Assembly: GCA_951406725.2 (NCBI GenBank)
Contig: OX597816.1
Coordinates: 72,230,001 to 72,294,000 of the forward strand
Length of the DNA stretch: 64,000 nt
DNA from: Octopus vulgaris
Lineage: Eukaryota
Reading direction: 5' to 3'
The notes beneath the pieces are model-generated. The model saw only the letters and a list, made by a program, of their open reading frames with translations, searched no databases and was not told where the DNA came from. A program made the translations under genes and the position numbers. Position 1 is the stretch's first letter. Every line of letters starts with the position of its first letter. Below, piece by piece: positions 27,981 through 42,833 of the stretch.

Positions 27981-28342
27981 AGGTGCAAGCGTGGCTGTGT
28001 GCTAAGAAGCTTGCTTCCCAACCACACGGTTCTGGGTTCAGTTTCACTGCGTGGCACCTTTTACTATAGCCTCGGGCTGACCAAAGCCTTGTAAGGGGAT
28101 TTGATTGACGGAAACTGAAAGAAGCCCATCATATATATTCTTCTACTTGTTTCAGTCAGTTGACTGCAGTCATGCTGGAGCAATATATATATGTGTGTGT
28201 GTGTGTGTGTCCGTCTTCGCTTGACAACCGGTGTTAGTGTGCTTATGTTCTCGTAACTTCGCTGTCCTGGGGTCGAATTATTCGATAAGAAACCCCTCAA
28301 GGCGTTGCTCCAGCATAGTCAAATGACTGAAACAAGTAAAAA
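27981..28342 (+). mobile_element. Family D SINE with an inverted tail fragment inserted in its microsatellite
   Basis: Head GTGGCTGTGTGCTAAGAAGCTTGCTTCCCAACCAC; TACTTGTTTCAGTCAGTTGACTGCAGTCATGCTGGAGCA at ~28144-28182 is the reverse of the tail. Confidence 0.8.
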
Positions 28343-29008
28343 AAATACACACACACACACACGCACGCACACAATTGGCTTTTCGTCCACCAAATTCATT
28401 CACAAGTTATCGGTTGATTCGGTGCTAAAGGAGAAAACATTTGCCGATGCCAGAACTCGAAGTCACGTGGTTGCAAAGAGACCTTCTTTATCATAAAACC
28501 ATGTCAGCACCCATTATATTGGTTTGCTCCGAATTGTTGCATTTGTTATAGTCCAAACTGAGGTGCATAAACAGTACCAGTGAGTTCGTAGATATAGAAT
28601 ATAAAGTTTTACTTTTACAATTTTCTTAGTCCTAAGGAGGGAATCCCCAACTTTTCTCAAAACATTGTCTTAATTTAGATAATTCTAAATGAACTTTTTT
28701 TTTCTAATCTGCGACTATTTCTATGTTTATTGTGTTGCTTAGGAGGTATCTTTTATCGTTCGCTTTTCGCTCAGGAACCAAAAAATGACAAAGTTCGTCA
28801 CATATTCTATGATCTCTTACGAATGATGTGTCCTAAAGCAAAATTTCAGTTACATACGTCCAAAACCATAGACAACAGCTTGGAACACATACATTCGCTT
28901 TATATATTAGGATGGTTCTATCTTCTGACGCACATAAACGGCCGGTATACGTAACTGAATCAGTAGTGAATTAAAATAACGATCTACGTATCATACTTAA
29001 TGTATATA

Positions 29009-29297
29009 CATCGTTGACTGGAAAATTACTGCATTATTCGTCCAGAGATAACATCGTTTCTGGACGTGCTGTGTGTTTAAAACCAGTACATCAGAAGGAG
29101 ACGAAAAATTGCCGCTGCAACAGCTAGCGAGAACGTTAGGAGCATTTTCGGCTTCGTTGGGCTTCGTCAATGGCCTGTGCTCACAGTTGTGAGTACACGA
29201 TTTTTCGTCTAACAATATATTGTGTTTTTATATGCAGCATGTCCATGAGAAATGTTATCTCAGGACTAATAGTACAGTAAATTGTCTGTCAACGATG
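29009..29297. mobile_element. Palindromic TA-flanked MITE with long imperfect arms
   Basis: TA|CATCGTTGAC..AATTACTG vs CAGTAAATT..GTCAACGATG|TA; inner matches GAGATAACAT/ATGTTATCTC and AGACGAAAAAT/ATTTTTCGTCT. Confidence 0.8.
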
Positions 29298-30567
29298 TAT
29301 TTTCATTATAATTCATAGATGGCGACATACATACGAACCTAAATATCGCACAAGTGCATAATAAGTTTGGTTCCATTAACTGGGAAAATTCATGTGTTTG
29401 TGTATATGTGAGTCGCACACGATCGAATTGATCAATTAGCCGAATGGTAATATGTTCTTAGAAGAAAATGAAATCTAATATAGTCTAATTTAGTGTCTTA
29501 CAGGTACTTGTTTTATAGAGACTGGAATAGCAAAATAATACTGTAACCCAGCAGCTAATGAGCTTAAGTTGAAGATTAATCGATTGAATACGCAAATTGA
29601 AATAAACTTTTATTTGAATTAATGGTAGATGATCTGCAGCCATGAATTTTGCAGAAGCTCTGACGAGTGGATATGAAGAGGCGAAGAAACCATAACTCAT
29701 AGGTTACTGCAGTAGAAAGAGTGCGTTTTTTTCTATTCTCAGGCCAGAGGTTTAGTTCGAACGCTTACAATAGCGTACGACACTTTTCTAAGTGTTGGAC
29801 AGTGATTTGAAATCAGGTGTTGGGTGGGGATAACGACTCAAATAAATAGAATACAATTTTAACATTTAGAACAATGTTTTCGCTGGAGAAGATAGGAAAA
29901 GAAGTACATGTGAAGACAAATAGAATTTGTCCTTGTAAAGTTAGAAACCACTTCTCACATCATTCATTTTATAAAATTTATTATTGAACAAAAATTTTGC
30001 TGATGAAAATCACAACACTTTTCTTATTTTCTTTAAAAAAAACAACAGAATTTAGCCAAATATGATACAAATTATTGACTTAGCTTCATAGATAAGAAAA
30101 TAAAAAACTCAGTTCTGATGGAGGCTAAATTTGTTACAACCATTTGTTTAATAAACATATTTAGTCTCTTTGTGATGTAGCTCATTCACCACCGTAGTTA
30201 AACATATTGCTCTCAGCAATCAGAGTCGACTTATTTCGACTTTTGTTAAAACCGTCGGCAGGATTCTGTTATTTTCTCCTGGTTGTGAAAGTATCGCACT
30301 AATTAACAAATAATTTAAACGCAATCACATTAATCCCAGTATTATTTAAAGGCGTGAAAAGATGTGTGTGCCTATGAGTTAACAGGAACACCATGGGGGT
30401 GTATTTAAAATTAAATTCGCAAGCAGTTACAAATACATTTTTAGTAAACATATTTTAACCTCGATGCGAAAATACACCCAACATCGTTACATTTTGTCTT
30501 AATATGTGTTCACTGCACTATTTCAGCAACACAAAAATAAGTAAGCGAATCCAGATGACAACTTTAA

Positions 30568-30833
30568 CCCTTAAACGGTGGGAAAGGGTTGCATGAATGC
30601 GTGTGCCAAACGGACAAAGAATAAAAAAAAATCTCTTGTTATTTTGGGTAATTTTTATTCTTATTTTCACTTCAAATAAGTACAAAAACTGTAATAATTT
30701 ATAGTCTCGCGCACAATAAAATTTACAATCTCGTTATCGAAAACTGCTGTAAAATATTCACTTTCCTTTGATGATTGGCTGTATCCATGTAAAATTTTTG
30801 AAGCATCAATTGATGATGTCCGCCGTTTAAGGG
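30568..30833. mobile_element. piggyBac-type MITE
   Basis: TTAA|CCCTTAAACGGTGG ... CCGCCGTTTAAGGG|TTAA (13/14 TIR, TTAA TSD). Confidence 0.92.
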
Positions 30834-31187
30834 TTAAACAAAGTCTTTTTTGAGAATGTGTGTTGAAACGAGGAAATTAAAATAAAAAAACAAGATTTGT
30901 ACTTTTACATTTTTAGTGAATTAGGAAAGAATAGTAAATTATAAAACTGAACGATTTTTTTTTTTGAAAATGAACTATAGTGATGTTTATGAACGACAAG
31001 ATGATGTGCGTTGATGGTGGTGGCGGTTTGTGTAACTGGTTGATTAGAGAATACAGGAGCATGAGAACAAACGTAGAGTTCTCTCTTCAAAAAGAAGAGC
31101 TTAAGTGTGATCATTGTTGTGACGGCTCAAACTAAATAATTATTATCTAGACATATTATATTCATACAAGTGTAAATATATACAAGC

Positions 31188-31228
<41 letters not shown>

Positions 31229-31419
31229 CAGGCCTACTCTCCATTTCTTTTTAGAAGTGTATAGCCATGAGACACAGACCAGGTATTCCATTCATTTCCC
31301 AGCTCAAAGGGGCGAGCCGTGTTCTATGCTCGGGTCAAGGCATAGATTGCAGCCCCCAATATCAGTAGCGGGGCCCAACAACATATGGTTTACGCCCGCC
31401 ACAACATCAAAAGTCACTC

Positions 31420-31750
31420 ATCCGTCCACAAACGCTCTCCGTGCTTTTCTCTCGTTTATAAACTCTCTTGCCTCTCTCACTTCAGCACCTCTAACCACCA
31501 AAACTTTCCTCACTCTATCTATCCACACTAACCGAGGTCTGTCTAGTTCTGCTGCCTACCACTTCAGCCTCCTTCATCACCCTCCTTATCATCCGCCCCT
31601 CATCCAAACCACCTCAACATTCGCCTATCCAATTTGGTTGTTAGTTTTTCTCTCATTCCTCACCCTGTCCATCCGCATCAGACCAACCATATCCCTCAAA
31701 CATCCCATTTCAGCCTCTCTCATGCCCCACGTCTCTGCACTATATAACAT
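31420..31750 (-). pseudogene. Degenerate RTE-clade retrotransposon ORF 3' end
   Basis: Minus strand LYSAETWGMREAEMGCLRDMVGLMRMDRVRNE..MLRWFG..RPRLVWIDRV. Confidence 0.8.
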
Positions 31751-32167
31751 TCTTTTCTACTCTAGGCACAAGGCCCGAAATCTTTTGGGGGATTATCAGT
31801 CGATTAGATCGACCCGAGTATGCAACTGGTACTTAATTTATCAACCCCGAAAGGATGAAAGGCAAAGTCGAGCAAAACGACCCCAGGACTTATTCTTTGT
31901 ATGTCTAGTACTTATTCTATCAGTCTCTTTTGCCGAACCGCTAAGTTACGGGGACGTAAACACACCACCATCGGTTTTCAGACACACAAACACGCACACA
32001 TACGACGAGCTGTTTTCAGTTTCCGTCTGCCAAATCCACTTACAAGGCTTTGGTCGGCCCAAGGCTATAGTAGAAGACACTTGATCAAGGTGCCAAGCAG
32101 TGGGACTGAACGCGGAACCATGTGGTTGGTAAGCAAGCTACTTACCACACAGCCACTCCTGCGCCTA
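31750..32167 (-). mobile_element. Family D SINE 5' part joined to a family B 3' part
   Basis: Junction at AAGGCAAAGTCGA|GCAAAACGACCCCAGG (~31871); both families carry GTCGA at this point. Confidence 0.8.
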
Positions 32168-32169
32168 AG

Positions 32170-32640
32170 TTGGAAATGGACGTATATGCATATTTCAAGA
32201 GTTATTGTCTTTCATCAGCACCACATTCAACAATTTCCTCAATTGTAAGGAGTGTAGACCTTGCTTGTTCCCCAAACAAAGTACTGGGTTCACCATGCTC
32301 GTTTCATCGCAAAATCTATTGTTTTTAATTAAAACCAAAAGTAAGCAACAGCTACATGGGATGCCATAAAGAACAAGTCATAAACACGTTTGACTGCAAA
32401 GCTGCAATGCAATCAGTTATATGTTTCTAGTATTTAATCTTGTTTTCCTACGTGTGTTGTTCATTAACATTTTAACGTGAATCAGATTGAGACGACGTTT
32501 GAGCTATAACCGCTATATCGGGAACATGGCGCAATAGAGTCAGGCGCATCAAATTATACTTCTGCAGGAGACCACTCTGATGGCATTCTAAATGTCTTTA
32601 GAAGACAGATTTACATACCGAACATTCATGGTGTCTCGAA
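32170..32640 (+). pseudogene. Possible highly decayed piggyBac-like transposase C-terminal fragment
   Basis: Patchy frameshifted similarity: VYAYFKSY (cf. HVYFDNYY), SYNRYIG (cf. YNKYMGGVD), RPL.WHSK (cf. RTLKWYKK), in the expected order. Confidence 0.3.
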
Positions 32641-32899
32641 CTGCGATATATTTTCTAACTAAAACATTGTCATACGTTCAACAACAGCGAATGAAGTGAA
32701 TGGTCACTATTGTATCAAGATATCTCGTGGGGGAAAACTTGGGGTAAAAATTTAGTATTTATTCTATTTGGTGAATTTAAGACCCTTTGTTCTCATTCTT
32801 TGAATTACGTAAATATAAAGTAATAGCACCGATTAACTGTAGAGTCGTTATGCCCCCTCAGCGATTGAACACCACGCTTGCAAGAAATAATTAATATTG

Positions 32900-33108
32900 A
32901 TTTCGAATTTTGGAATAAGGCCAGTCCTTTGGGGCAAAGGATAAATGGATTACATCAACCTCAGGACTTAACTGGTACTTATTTTATCGATCCCGAAGGG
33001 GCAAAAGGCAAAGTCGACTTCGGTGGAATTTGAACTCAGAACATACAGACAAAATGCTGTCAAGTATTGTGCCCGGTGTACTTACGATTCTGCTAGCTCG
33101 CCGCCTTA
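32900..33108 (-). mobile_element. Family B SINE
   Basis: AAAGGCAAAGTCGACTTCGGTGGAATTTGAACTCAGAAC..AGCTCGCCGCCTT. Confidence 0.85.
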
Positions 33109-33141
33109 CTAAGAAATAATTAATATTGTTCTGCCTAGGTG

Positions 33142-33182
<41 letters not shown>

Positions 33183-33613
33183 CCTGCGTGTGCGTATATC
33201 TTTGTATATTGTGTGCACGTGTTCATCTATATATATGTGTGTGTGTGTGTGCGCGCGCGCATGTATAGGTGTGCTTGTTGAAATAAACGTAAGGATCATA
33301 TTTTTTATCAAGGGCATTAGCGACGTAAGCGATGCGATTCCAAGTGGGATTAAGGCGGATTACGATTTCTTGTTCGGGCACAAGGCTCCCAGATTTATGA
33401 AAGGTATTGAGAAATCAAACGCTACGACGTTCATATTTGTTTTCATTGGCTTGTGCGCTTGTTTATTGCTTGTTTGCCGTTGACATTTGGCTTGGATTTC
33501 GCTTTAGAAAGGGGAAGGCAAAACTATTAATAAGGAAAACAAACATGAGAGACTTGAAATTATAGCTATGACTTAGTAAAGAAGGAAAAATCAATAAGAA
33601 GGCAATGAACTCG

Positions 33614-34560
<947 letters not shown>

Positions 34561-35169
34561 GGACACAAGCAAATAGACCAAGTAAAACACTAAACTGCAG
34601 AATTAGTAACTAAACCGTCGATACATACATTTACTTTAATATAAAACATACACGCCTATAGACATATAAAAGTTGATTAGATCTGGAGAGATACTACTAC
34701 CATATAGTAGTTAATTCATATGAGATAATCAGGGACCTCGGTTACATCCGCTTGGTTGAGCGTACGGGTCAGAAGGTAGGAAAATAATTGGCTGAAGCGT
34801 GATAATGTAAGCATGTTTGATCCGCTGTCGTATGTGATACATCGAGGAGACGAGGTGTGTTTCAAATTCTAAAATAAGCTTTAAAAGTGTTAGAAGAGCC
34901 ACAGACATTGGAGAGTATAAAAAATCTTGTAGCCTCTGTCAAACAGAGAAACTCAGTATCATCACTGTATTGTAAACAAATTTTAACTTGCCGACACATC
35001 CAAATATTTCTTTGAAAATTTCACAGAGGCTAACCTATCAATCTTATATGCTAACCAACAAGCTATGCAGTTAGCATCATCTAGAGTCCAAACTACAGAT
35101 GTGCGTAGTCAATTGATCGGGCGCATCAGCAGCCGTTTCTGTTTATTTCGCATAAATTTGTGTATATAC

Positions 35170-35870
35170 AAAAATGCGAAAATTCCATAATAATGCTTGA
35201 GTACCGCAGAATATACCACCTTTTTTTCCTTTTACCACGGGAGGGTGGAGTTCTTCCATTCTGTCCAGAAGATTTTCCTTCCCTCCCGCAGCCTTAGGAT
35301 CCCTCGGTGGGCAACCATTGCCACCCACTTTCTCCCTCTTTCGTCGAGGAGGTGAAGGTCTCCTCGACCATCTCCTCTCTCCGCAAACGCGGAGTGGGGG
35401 GAGGGCTCTTCCTCAACTAACTGCTCCAGGACCCTACTCTGATCCTGGGGACAGTTCTTTTTTTATATGGCCTGGTTCCAGGCACAGGTGAAACTTGGTG
35501 GAGGCGTGCCTCAAGTATCACCGGATACCTGTTACCAACCATAGTCAGAAAATCTGGGAAGACCAGATTCTTAGCTGATTGGGTCCACAGGGTAAAAAAA
35601 CCCCCAGCTTTTGACCCAACCCAATCAGCCGCCGGCAACATTTTTACATTAAGCAGCTTGGATCCAAATAGTAGCAGGAACACAGCAACAGGAACACAAA
35701 AACAACAAAGTTCACAATTTTTGGAGGAGGGATACGACCCGAAAATAACACAATTCTCACCGCTAAGTGAGACACTAAGAACAACTACAGACAGACAAAT
35801 GCCCGGAATTCAGTGGAGATTTCTTGTTCGAAAAAAGAAACCCAAACAACAAACCCCCACGGAAACCTAA
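35170..35870 (-). pseudogene. Degenerate ORF1 (zinc knuckle) of an L1/Tx1-like retrotransposon
   Basis: GC-richer block; PDFLTMVGNRYPVILEAR followed, after frameshifts, by FHLCLEPGHIKK.NCP (decayed CCHC knuckle). Confidence 0.6.
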
Positions 35871-36094
35871 AAAACAAACGTCTTACCTTGTAGTTGTGCT
35901 TCACTTAATTCAATTATTCGCCACGCTGCAAACCAACGTCGCGACATCTCTCAGTGCAAAGAAAAACACTGACATATGCAGTGGGGAAGCAAGCTTTTTA
36001 CCACTCAGTCATGCCTACACACACACACACACACACACATTGTTAGTTATGCCATAAAGGTTAATAATCTGGACATATAAAAGCAGGAAAGACT

Positions 36095-36295
36095 GTTAAG
36101 TACTATAATGAAAAGAAAATGGACCTTCACCAGCCATATACTTAGACCTTATTAACAGGTGCAGCATATGGCAAAAGAACAAGAAAGAAGACCTAAAACT
36201 AGATTTAGCGATATCATCAAAGAAGTAGTGGTGGAGGTTTTGCAGAACGGCACAGAACAGAAATGGATGGAGAACCGCGGCAGCTCGCGTGCGTA
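36095..36295 (+). pseudogene. RTE-like ORF C-terminal fragment
   Basis: LLTGAAYGKRTR..RPKTRFSDIIKE..AQNRNGWRTAA, with frameshifts. Confidence 0.6.
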
Positions 36296-36759
36296 TAAAA
36301 TTCAAGTAATATGTAATGAAGTAAGATAATAGATACATATAATTAGTGTTCAAACTGATTTACTGCCAAAACTCCAGCTTGAACAGCATCTAAAAATGCA
36401 AGGATGTTGTAGCTGTCTAATGAATATTGGTCACATGTAATTTTTCAGTCGTACAGGTAAATGTATAATAAAATAAATGTATAAACAGGCAAACAACTGA
36501 CATCAGGTCAGATTGTGACATTTCTTAATATTACACCCTGACACTACACATCAGGGTAGAATTGACTGTTACAGGGGTTTAGATCACAAGAGGTCGATAT
36601 AAGATCAGTTGAGGAATGTATATGATGGTTATAGTGTATACTAGTATTCTCCCGAATCAGTTATACATTAAATTCGAATTTTTGATATTAAGTAAAGCTG
36701 GTCATCGTGGGTAGAACCCTAAGCTAGATGAAAAGAAAGAAAAAGGTGTGCAGATAATG

Positions 36760-36854
36760 CCTTACAGCTGTTTCAAAAATAGACACGCAGACAGTGCATT
36801 TCCCTGCAAACGATCGGCAGCTAACATGACATGAGTCTATTCTATCATCGGAGG
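36760..36854 (-). ncRNA. Type I hammerhead fold, long stem II, one core substitution
   Basis: CCT-CCGATGA-tAGAATAGAC..GTCTATTTTt-GAAA-CAGCTG-TA-AGG. Confidence 0.6.
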
Positions 36855-37914
36855 AAGAATATACCTTGACTATTAAAATTAAAAATAGTTTTCTCTTTCT
36901 CTCTCTCTCTCACACACACAAACACACACACCAATTAAGTATAGATACTCCACTCATGGATAAACGTTGTCAGCGAAAAGGCAGTGTAGCATGAATACAT
37001 CTTCAACCAGTAACTTTATTAGGATTAAAACATAATCTCACCGGTATTTATCGAAACTGTCAAACTTTAAATCTGTTTACTATTGCCACATTATGCATTA
37101 AATTATACACGAGAGATCAGAACTATCAGAATTAATTATAAAATACTAAGAGACGGATTAAGTATTAGTGATAGAGAAATATTTGGTAGATATAAAAATA
37201 GGATATGGTCTGAGTGTACCAAATTTAACAGGGAACTCAAGAGAATAGGGAATTTCTATTTTGGAGTATTAGACATGAGACTGCGAATGCAGCTTTAAAT
37301 GTTTGAGGTAAATAAAATCTGATTGTAAACTGATTGTAAATGCATGAAAATAAGTATACACTCTCTACGAATTTCAACGAAGCGTTTCGTTTAATGTCAA
37401 GTGACGGTATATCATGAATACATTTTTATTTTTCCTCATGAAAAATATGAATGCTAAACGTATAGAAGAACAGGTTTTCTGCTACCCATACAAGATTTTG
37501 CTCTTATAAGAATTTTCCAATAATGGCCGTATGTTGTATTTTGTTTAGATGAATGGCAAAGAAAAAAGGTGTGATCTTTTATCTGGAGGGAGAGGTTTCT
37601 GAAAGAGAAAACCTGTTGATTGTACCGTAATTTAAATGGTAACTGTCGTTAATCCTTTGTTTTCATTTTTTTCTTTTATTCATTCTCTTTCTATATTTTC
37701 ATTCTTTGCTATATCTCCTTTTTCTCCCCATCCAATCCCTCTTCGTATTTTTTACATAACCTTTTTTACTAATAGAAAAACGTGCAGTTTCTCAGACCAT
37801 AATTATGCTTACAGCCTTCTTTAATGTTTTGCTTTCATTCCATTCTTTCGTACCATATTTACCAATATTATTATTTATTCATGTAATTTTATCTGTCTGT
37901 CTGTCTGTCTGTCT

Positions 37915-38405
37915 ACTCTGATGCAGTACCAGGCACTGGCTCTCATGGCTTCTGATCTTATCTGATTGGAAGTGTTGTCATGTACACGTTTTGTCTTGGT
38001 ATACTTGAGTATATCCACTGGTGGCTGACGATATGTGCATCTCTGATCACGAGCAGAAGTTGTGAGGGAGCATCATAGCCATATTTTGAGAGGAATTCTT
38101 TGGGGTTTGAATAATTCACCTCTGGAAACATGGATGTTTCGTTCAACATCCTTAAACAAACCTTATTCAGGGATCTTTTGAGCGGGATGGGCTACTCGAC
38201 ACGAAGAAAATTCTAACTGGCTCCCACCTGCAAGGTCATGCGCAGTTTATCTTGATATGAAATCACCATGTTGCGCACATATTGTTGCGATGCAAGTGCC
38301 TAGTGTACCCTTATCAGACTGGTAGTCATGATGGGTATACTGGACTTCGTATAGTTTACCCCAGTGTCACTTTGATGGCATGCGCTGTTCTCTCACTCAA
38401 TAATA
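37915..38405 (+). mobile_element. (TAA)n-tailed ~560-bp repeat, internally deleted copy
   Basis: Colinear with 39085-39650 but missing roughly 70 bp after GTCTTGGTATA. Confidence 0.9.
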
Positions 38406-38439
38406 ATGTTGTTATTAAAGGACTAATTGAATAAAAGCC

Positions 38440-39082
38440 AAGATAGACAAATCAAAAGAGGAAAGCGTTACCCACATAGTAAATGAATGTAGCATTCTGG
38501 CACAAAAAGAATACAAGAAAAGACATGACAATCTAGGGAGAGTAATCCACTGGGAGTTATGTAGAAAGCTAGGATTTGAGCAAAGTAATAAATGGTATGA
38601 ACATGAACCTAGTAAATTACTAGAAGGTAAGAAGTACAAGATGATGTGGCACTTTAGCATTCAGATTGAGTAATAGAAGCTAGAAGGCCCGATTTGGTAG
38701 TAGTAGATAAAGAGAATAGAAAGCGCCAAATAATTGACTTTACAGTCTCAAATGATGAAAAAATAAATATGAGATGTCTACAAAAAATAGTAAAGTACCA
38801 GGACCTAGCTATTTGAATTACAGAGGCTATAGAAAGTACGGGTAAAACGTATCCCAGTTGTTATCGGTGTGTTGGGAACTATCTATAAAGATTTTAACTG
38901 ATGGACAGAGGAAATAGGCATAAAACCCAGTTTAGTACAGCTCCAGAAAACAGTGTTATTAGAGACAACTAGGATACTTAAGAGGGTTCTTGGTATCTAA
39001 GGTTACTTGTAGCCCGATGTTAGGATTTTTTTCTTTTCCAACGATCTGTTGAATGTATATGAAAATAATAATAATAATAATA
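38440..39082 (+). pseudogene. 3' end of an R4/Dong-type non-LTR retrotransposon (zinc knuckle plus restriction-like endonuclease), with 3' UTR and (TAA)n tail
   Basis: EESVTHIVNECSILAQKEYKKRHDNLGRVIHWELC..WYEHEP..RRPDLVVVDK..IID..KYQDL..IPVVIGVLG..LQKTVLLETTRILKRVL; stops and frameshifts. Confidence 0.92.
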
Positions 39083-39084
39083 AA

Positions 39085-39650
39085 TGCTCAGATGCAGTAC
39101 CAGGCAGTGGCTTTCATGGTTTTTAATCTTAACTGATTGGAAATGTTATGTACATGTTTTGTCTTGGTATAAAAGATGGGCTACAGCAAATATTCTGCTC
39201 AATACCACATATTTGCTTGTCAGTTGGTTGAGTTTAACCAGTTGAGCATGTCCCTTGGTGGCTGACGATATGTGCATCTCTGATCACGAGCAGAAGTAGT
39301 GGGGGAGCATCATAGCCATGTGTTGAGAGGGATTCTTTGGGATTTGAATAATTCGCTTCTGGAAATATGGGTGTGTCGTTCAACATCCTTAAACAACCTT
39401 TATTCAAGGACTTTTTGAGCGAAATGGGGCACTCAACCTGAAGAAAATTCTAACTGGGCCCCACCTGCAAGGGCATGCGCTGTTTATCTTGATATGAGAT
39501 CACCACGTCGCGCACATATGGTTGTGATGCATGTGCCTGGTGTACCCTTATCAGACGGGTAGTCATATGGGTATATTGGGCTTCGTATATTTTACCCCAC
39601 TGTCACTTTGATGGCATGCGCTACTCTCTCAATAATAATAATAATAATAA
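39085..39650 (+). mobile_element. (TAA)n-tailed ~560-bp repeat, full copy
   Basis: Starts GATGCAGTACCAGGCAGTGGC, ends CTCTCTCAATAATAAT; flanked by (TAA)n. Confidence 0.9.
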
Positions 39651-39856
39651 TCCTTTCTGCTGGAGGCAAAAGCCCTGAAATTTTGGTGGGGGGTACTAGT
39701 CGATTACATCGACTTCAGTGCTCGACCGATACCTAATTCATCTACCCTAAAAGGAATAAAATGCAAACTCGACCATGGCAGAATTTGAAACTCAGAACGT
39801 AGAGACGGACAAAATGCCGCTAAGCATGTTAAGTATTCTGCCAGCTGGCCACCTTA
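39651..39856 (-). mobile_element. Family B SINE
   Basis: Degenerate core and head. Confidence 0.8.
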
Positions 39857-39891
39857 CCAACAATAATAATAATAATTATTATTATTATTAC

Positions 39892-39922
<31 letters not shown>

Positions 39923-40973
39923 GAAGAAAAATGAGAGTGGAATAACACTACAGAAATACATTAGATTATATGTTTGATCAATGAAGGCTGATTCGGGAGA
40001 AAACAACAACACCCACGAATAATAATAATAATAACCACCCCGCCACTACCACCACTAAATCTAGACATTGATCCGGATGTTTCCCTCTCAGACTTAACTC
40101 CATGACCCGGTTTTTCTGAAAAGATGATACTAATTCCTTCATATAAATGGGACATACAGAAGAAAGGGGTGCTAAGATAAGGTGAATCCCCTTTAATAGT
40201 TGAGTCCTTTATTAAAGATTTCGAAAAGAAGTACAAACCAATACTTTTTCTTTCATTTTTCTTTTTATTATCCTCCTCTCCTTCCTACTCCTACCATCAC
40301 TACCACCATCCTCCTCCTTCCCATTATTGAAATTTTTCCTTGTAATCTCCCCCATACGTCACCCTTGAGGCATTATTTATTATTATTATTATTATTATTA
40401 CTTTAGGATATTTGTTAACGTTACGTTTGCTCTTAATGACCGCGACTTCTGCTGAAAGATCGACTTCCGGCAGACGCTTGCTGCCTTAACGCTGACCAAT
40501 TGATCAAGCTAATACCCAGAATTCAATGCAATATTATGGCGACGTTTGCGTGGCGTTTATTGTAGTTAGAAGTGGTGCAGAGACGGAAAGGGAATGAATG
40601 AAAAAAAAAAAAAAGAAATTGAGGAAAAAAAATGATACAAGAAAAAGAAAATGGAAAAGCTATTAACACACATAAACAGACTTAAAGACAAAATTAGTTT
40701 TTTTAATATCCTGCAAAAACATCATAAACATTTCTAACGTTTATTTATTAGCGTATTTACATATTTTTAATTCTTCGCACCCGCTTTCTTTCTTAAGTAA
40801 CTTCTCCGTACTGTTTTCCTTGCTCTCTCTTACGGTTCATATTTTCTATGATCTTACTCTATTTATGTGAAGCTTCGCTAAATCTTTACTTTTCCAGTAC
40901 ACAAACACACACTCTCCGCTCTCTCTGCCCCTTTCTCTCCCTTTCGTGTGTGTGTGAACATACATACATACAT

Positions 40974-41004
<31 letters not shown>

Positions 41005-41813
41005 TATATTTAGAGAGATAGAAAGCTATTTATCTATCTATCTATCTTTCTATCTATATGTGCGAGCATGTGTGTGTGTGTGTGTGTGTGTGTACATCTA
41101 AATACACAAAAGGATATATATATATATATACACGTAGAAAAGCACAGACTTACATGAACACATAAATCCGCACACAACCTCACAAAAACTCAGTAACAGA
41201 CACATACATCCAGCACTTACACATTCACGTACACAAAAACACTTATTCATGTCTTCTCCATTTTACTGCCTTATTCGACGCTCCAGTCGCCATTACATCC
41301 TCAGTTATTTTCTATAAACTAAGTTAAGCTAACCGTACAGACGCCTGCAGTAAATGCAATATTATCGTATGCTGGGAAACTGAGGCTGTTTACATTAATG
41401 TTTGCTTTGCTCGTTTTGCCCAACGTTTACCTTTAGCTATGGAAAAAATTTTCTTCGATATTTTGCCTCTTTTATCTGATATTTTTTATTCTATCCATTC
41501 TTTTTCTCTCTTTCCTTCAATAATTCATTCAATATTTCTTTATTTCACTTATTCAGAACTTCTTTTCAATCTTTCTTGTTCTTCACAAAATCTGCAGTTT
41601 CTAAGACCGTCATTATCCTTACGGTGCTTTTTATGTTTTGCTCTCTTTCCTTATTCCATTCTTTCGCATCACATTTACCAATATTAATATCATCCATTCA
41701 TGTAATGTTATCTATCTATTTTTCTACCTACCTACTCTTTCTGCCCATCATTCAGTCTATGTCCCACATTTTCCTTCTGCGCACTGCACCTATTTTATTT
41801 TCAATGTACGTAA

Positions 41814-41814
<1 letters not shown>

Positions 41815-41853
<39 letters not shown>

Positions 41854-41936
41854 AACAAATATATATATATATAAGCATATATATACATGATTATAAATAC
41901 ATGCATATACATATACATGCATATATATTTATATGT

Positions 41937-41974
<38 letters not shown>

Positions 41975-42004
41975 TTGTATATATATAGAGATATATGCAT
42001 ATAC

Positions 42005-42035
<31 letters not shown>

Positions 42036-42796
42036 TATATATATATGTATACATATATATATATATATATGGTTGTATATATATAGAGATATATGCATAT
42101 ACACATACATACACACATACATACACACACACACATATATATATATATGTATACATACATATATATATGGTTGCATATATATAGAGAGATATATGCATAT
42201 GCACATACATACACACATATACATATATATATACATACACATATACATATATATATATACATACACATATACATATATATACATACACATACATATACAT
42301 ATATACATACACATACATATACATATATACATACACATACATATACATATATACATACACATACATATACATATATACATACATATACATATATACATAT
42401 ATATATACATATACATACATATATATACATATATACATATATATATACACACATATATATACACACATATACACACACATATATATATATACATATACAT
42501 ATTTACATACATATATATATATATATATACACACATATATACATACACATACATATATACATATACATATATATATACACATACATATATACACATATAC
42601 ACACATATATATATACATACACATATACATATATACACATATACACACATACATATATACATATACATATACACATATACATATACATATACATATACAC
42701 ATATACACATACACATATACACATATATACATATACATATACACATATACATATACACATATACACATATATACATATACACATATATACATATAC

Positions 42797-42833
<37 letters not shown>

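Noticed and set aside
31257-32084. 275-aa plus-strand ORF
   Set aside because: Antisense read-through of an RTE relic and two SINEs
37083-37298. 71-aa ORF faintly like a GIY-YIG C-terminus
   Set aside because: No diagnostic motif could be confirmed by eye
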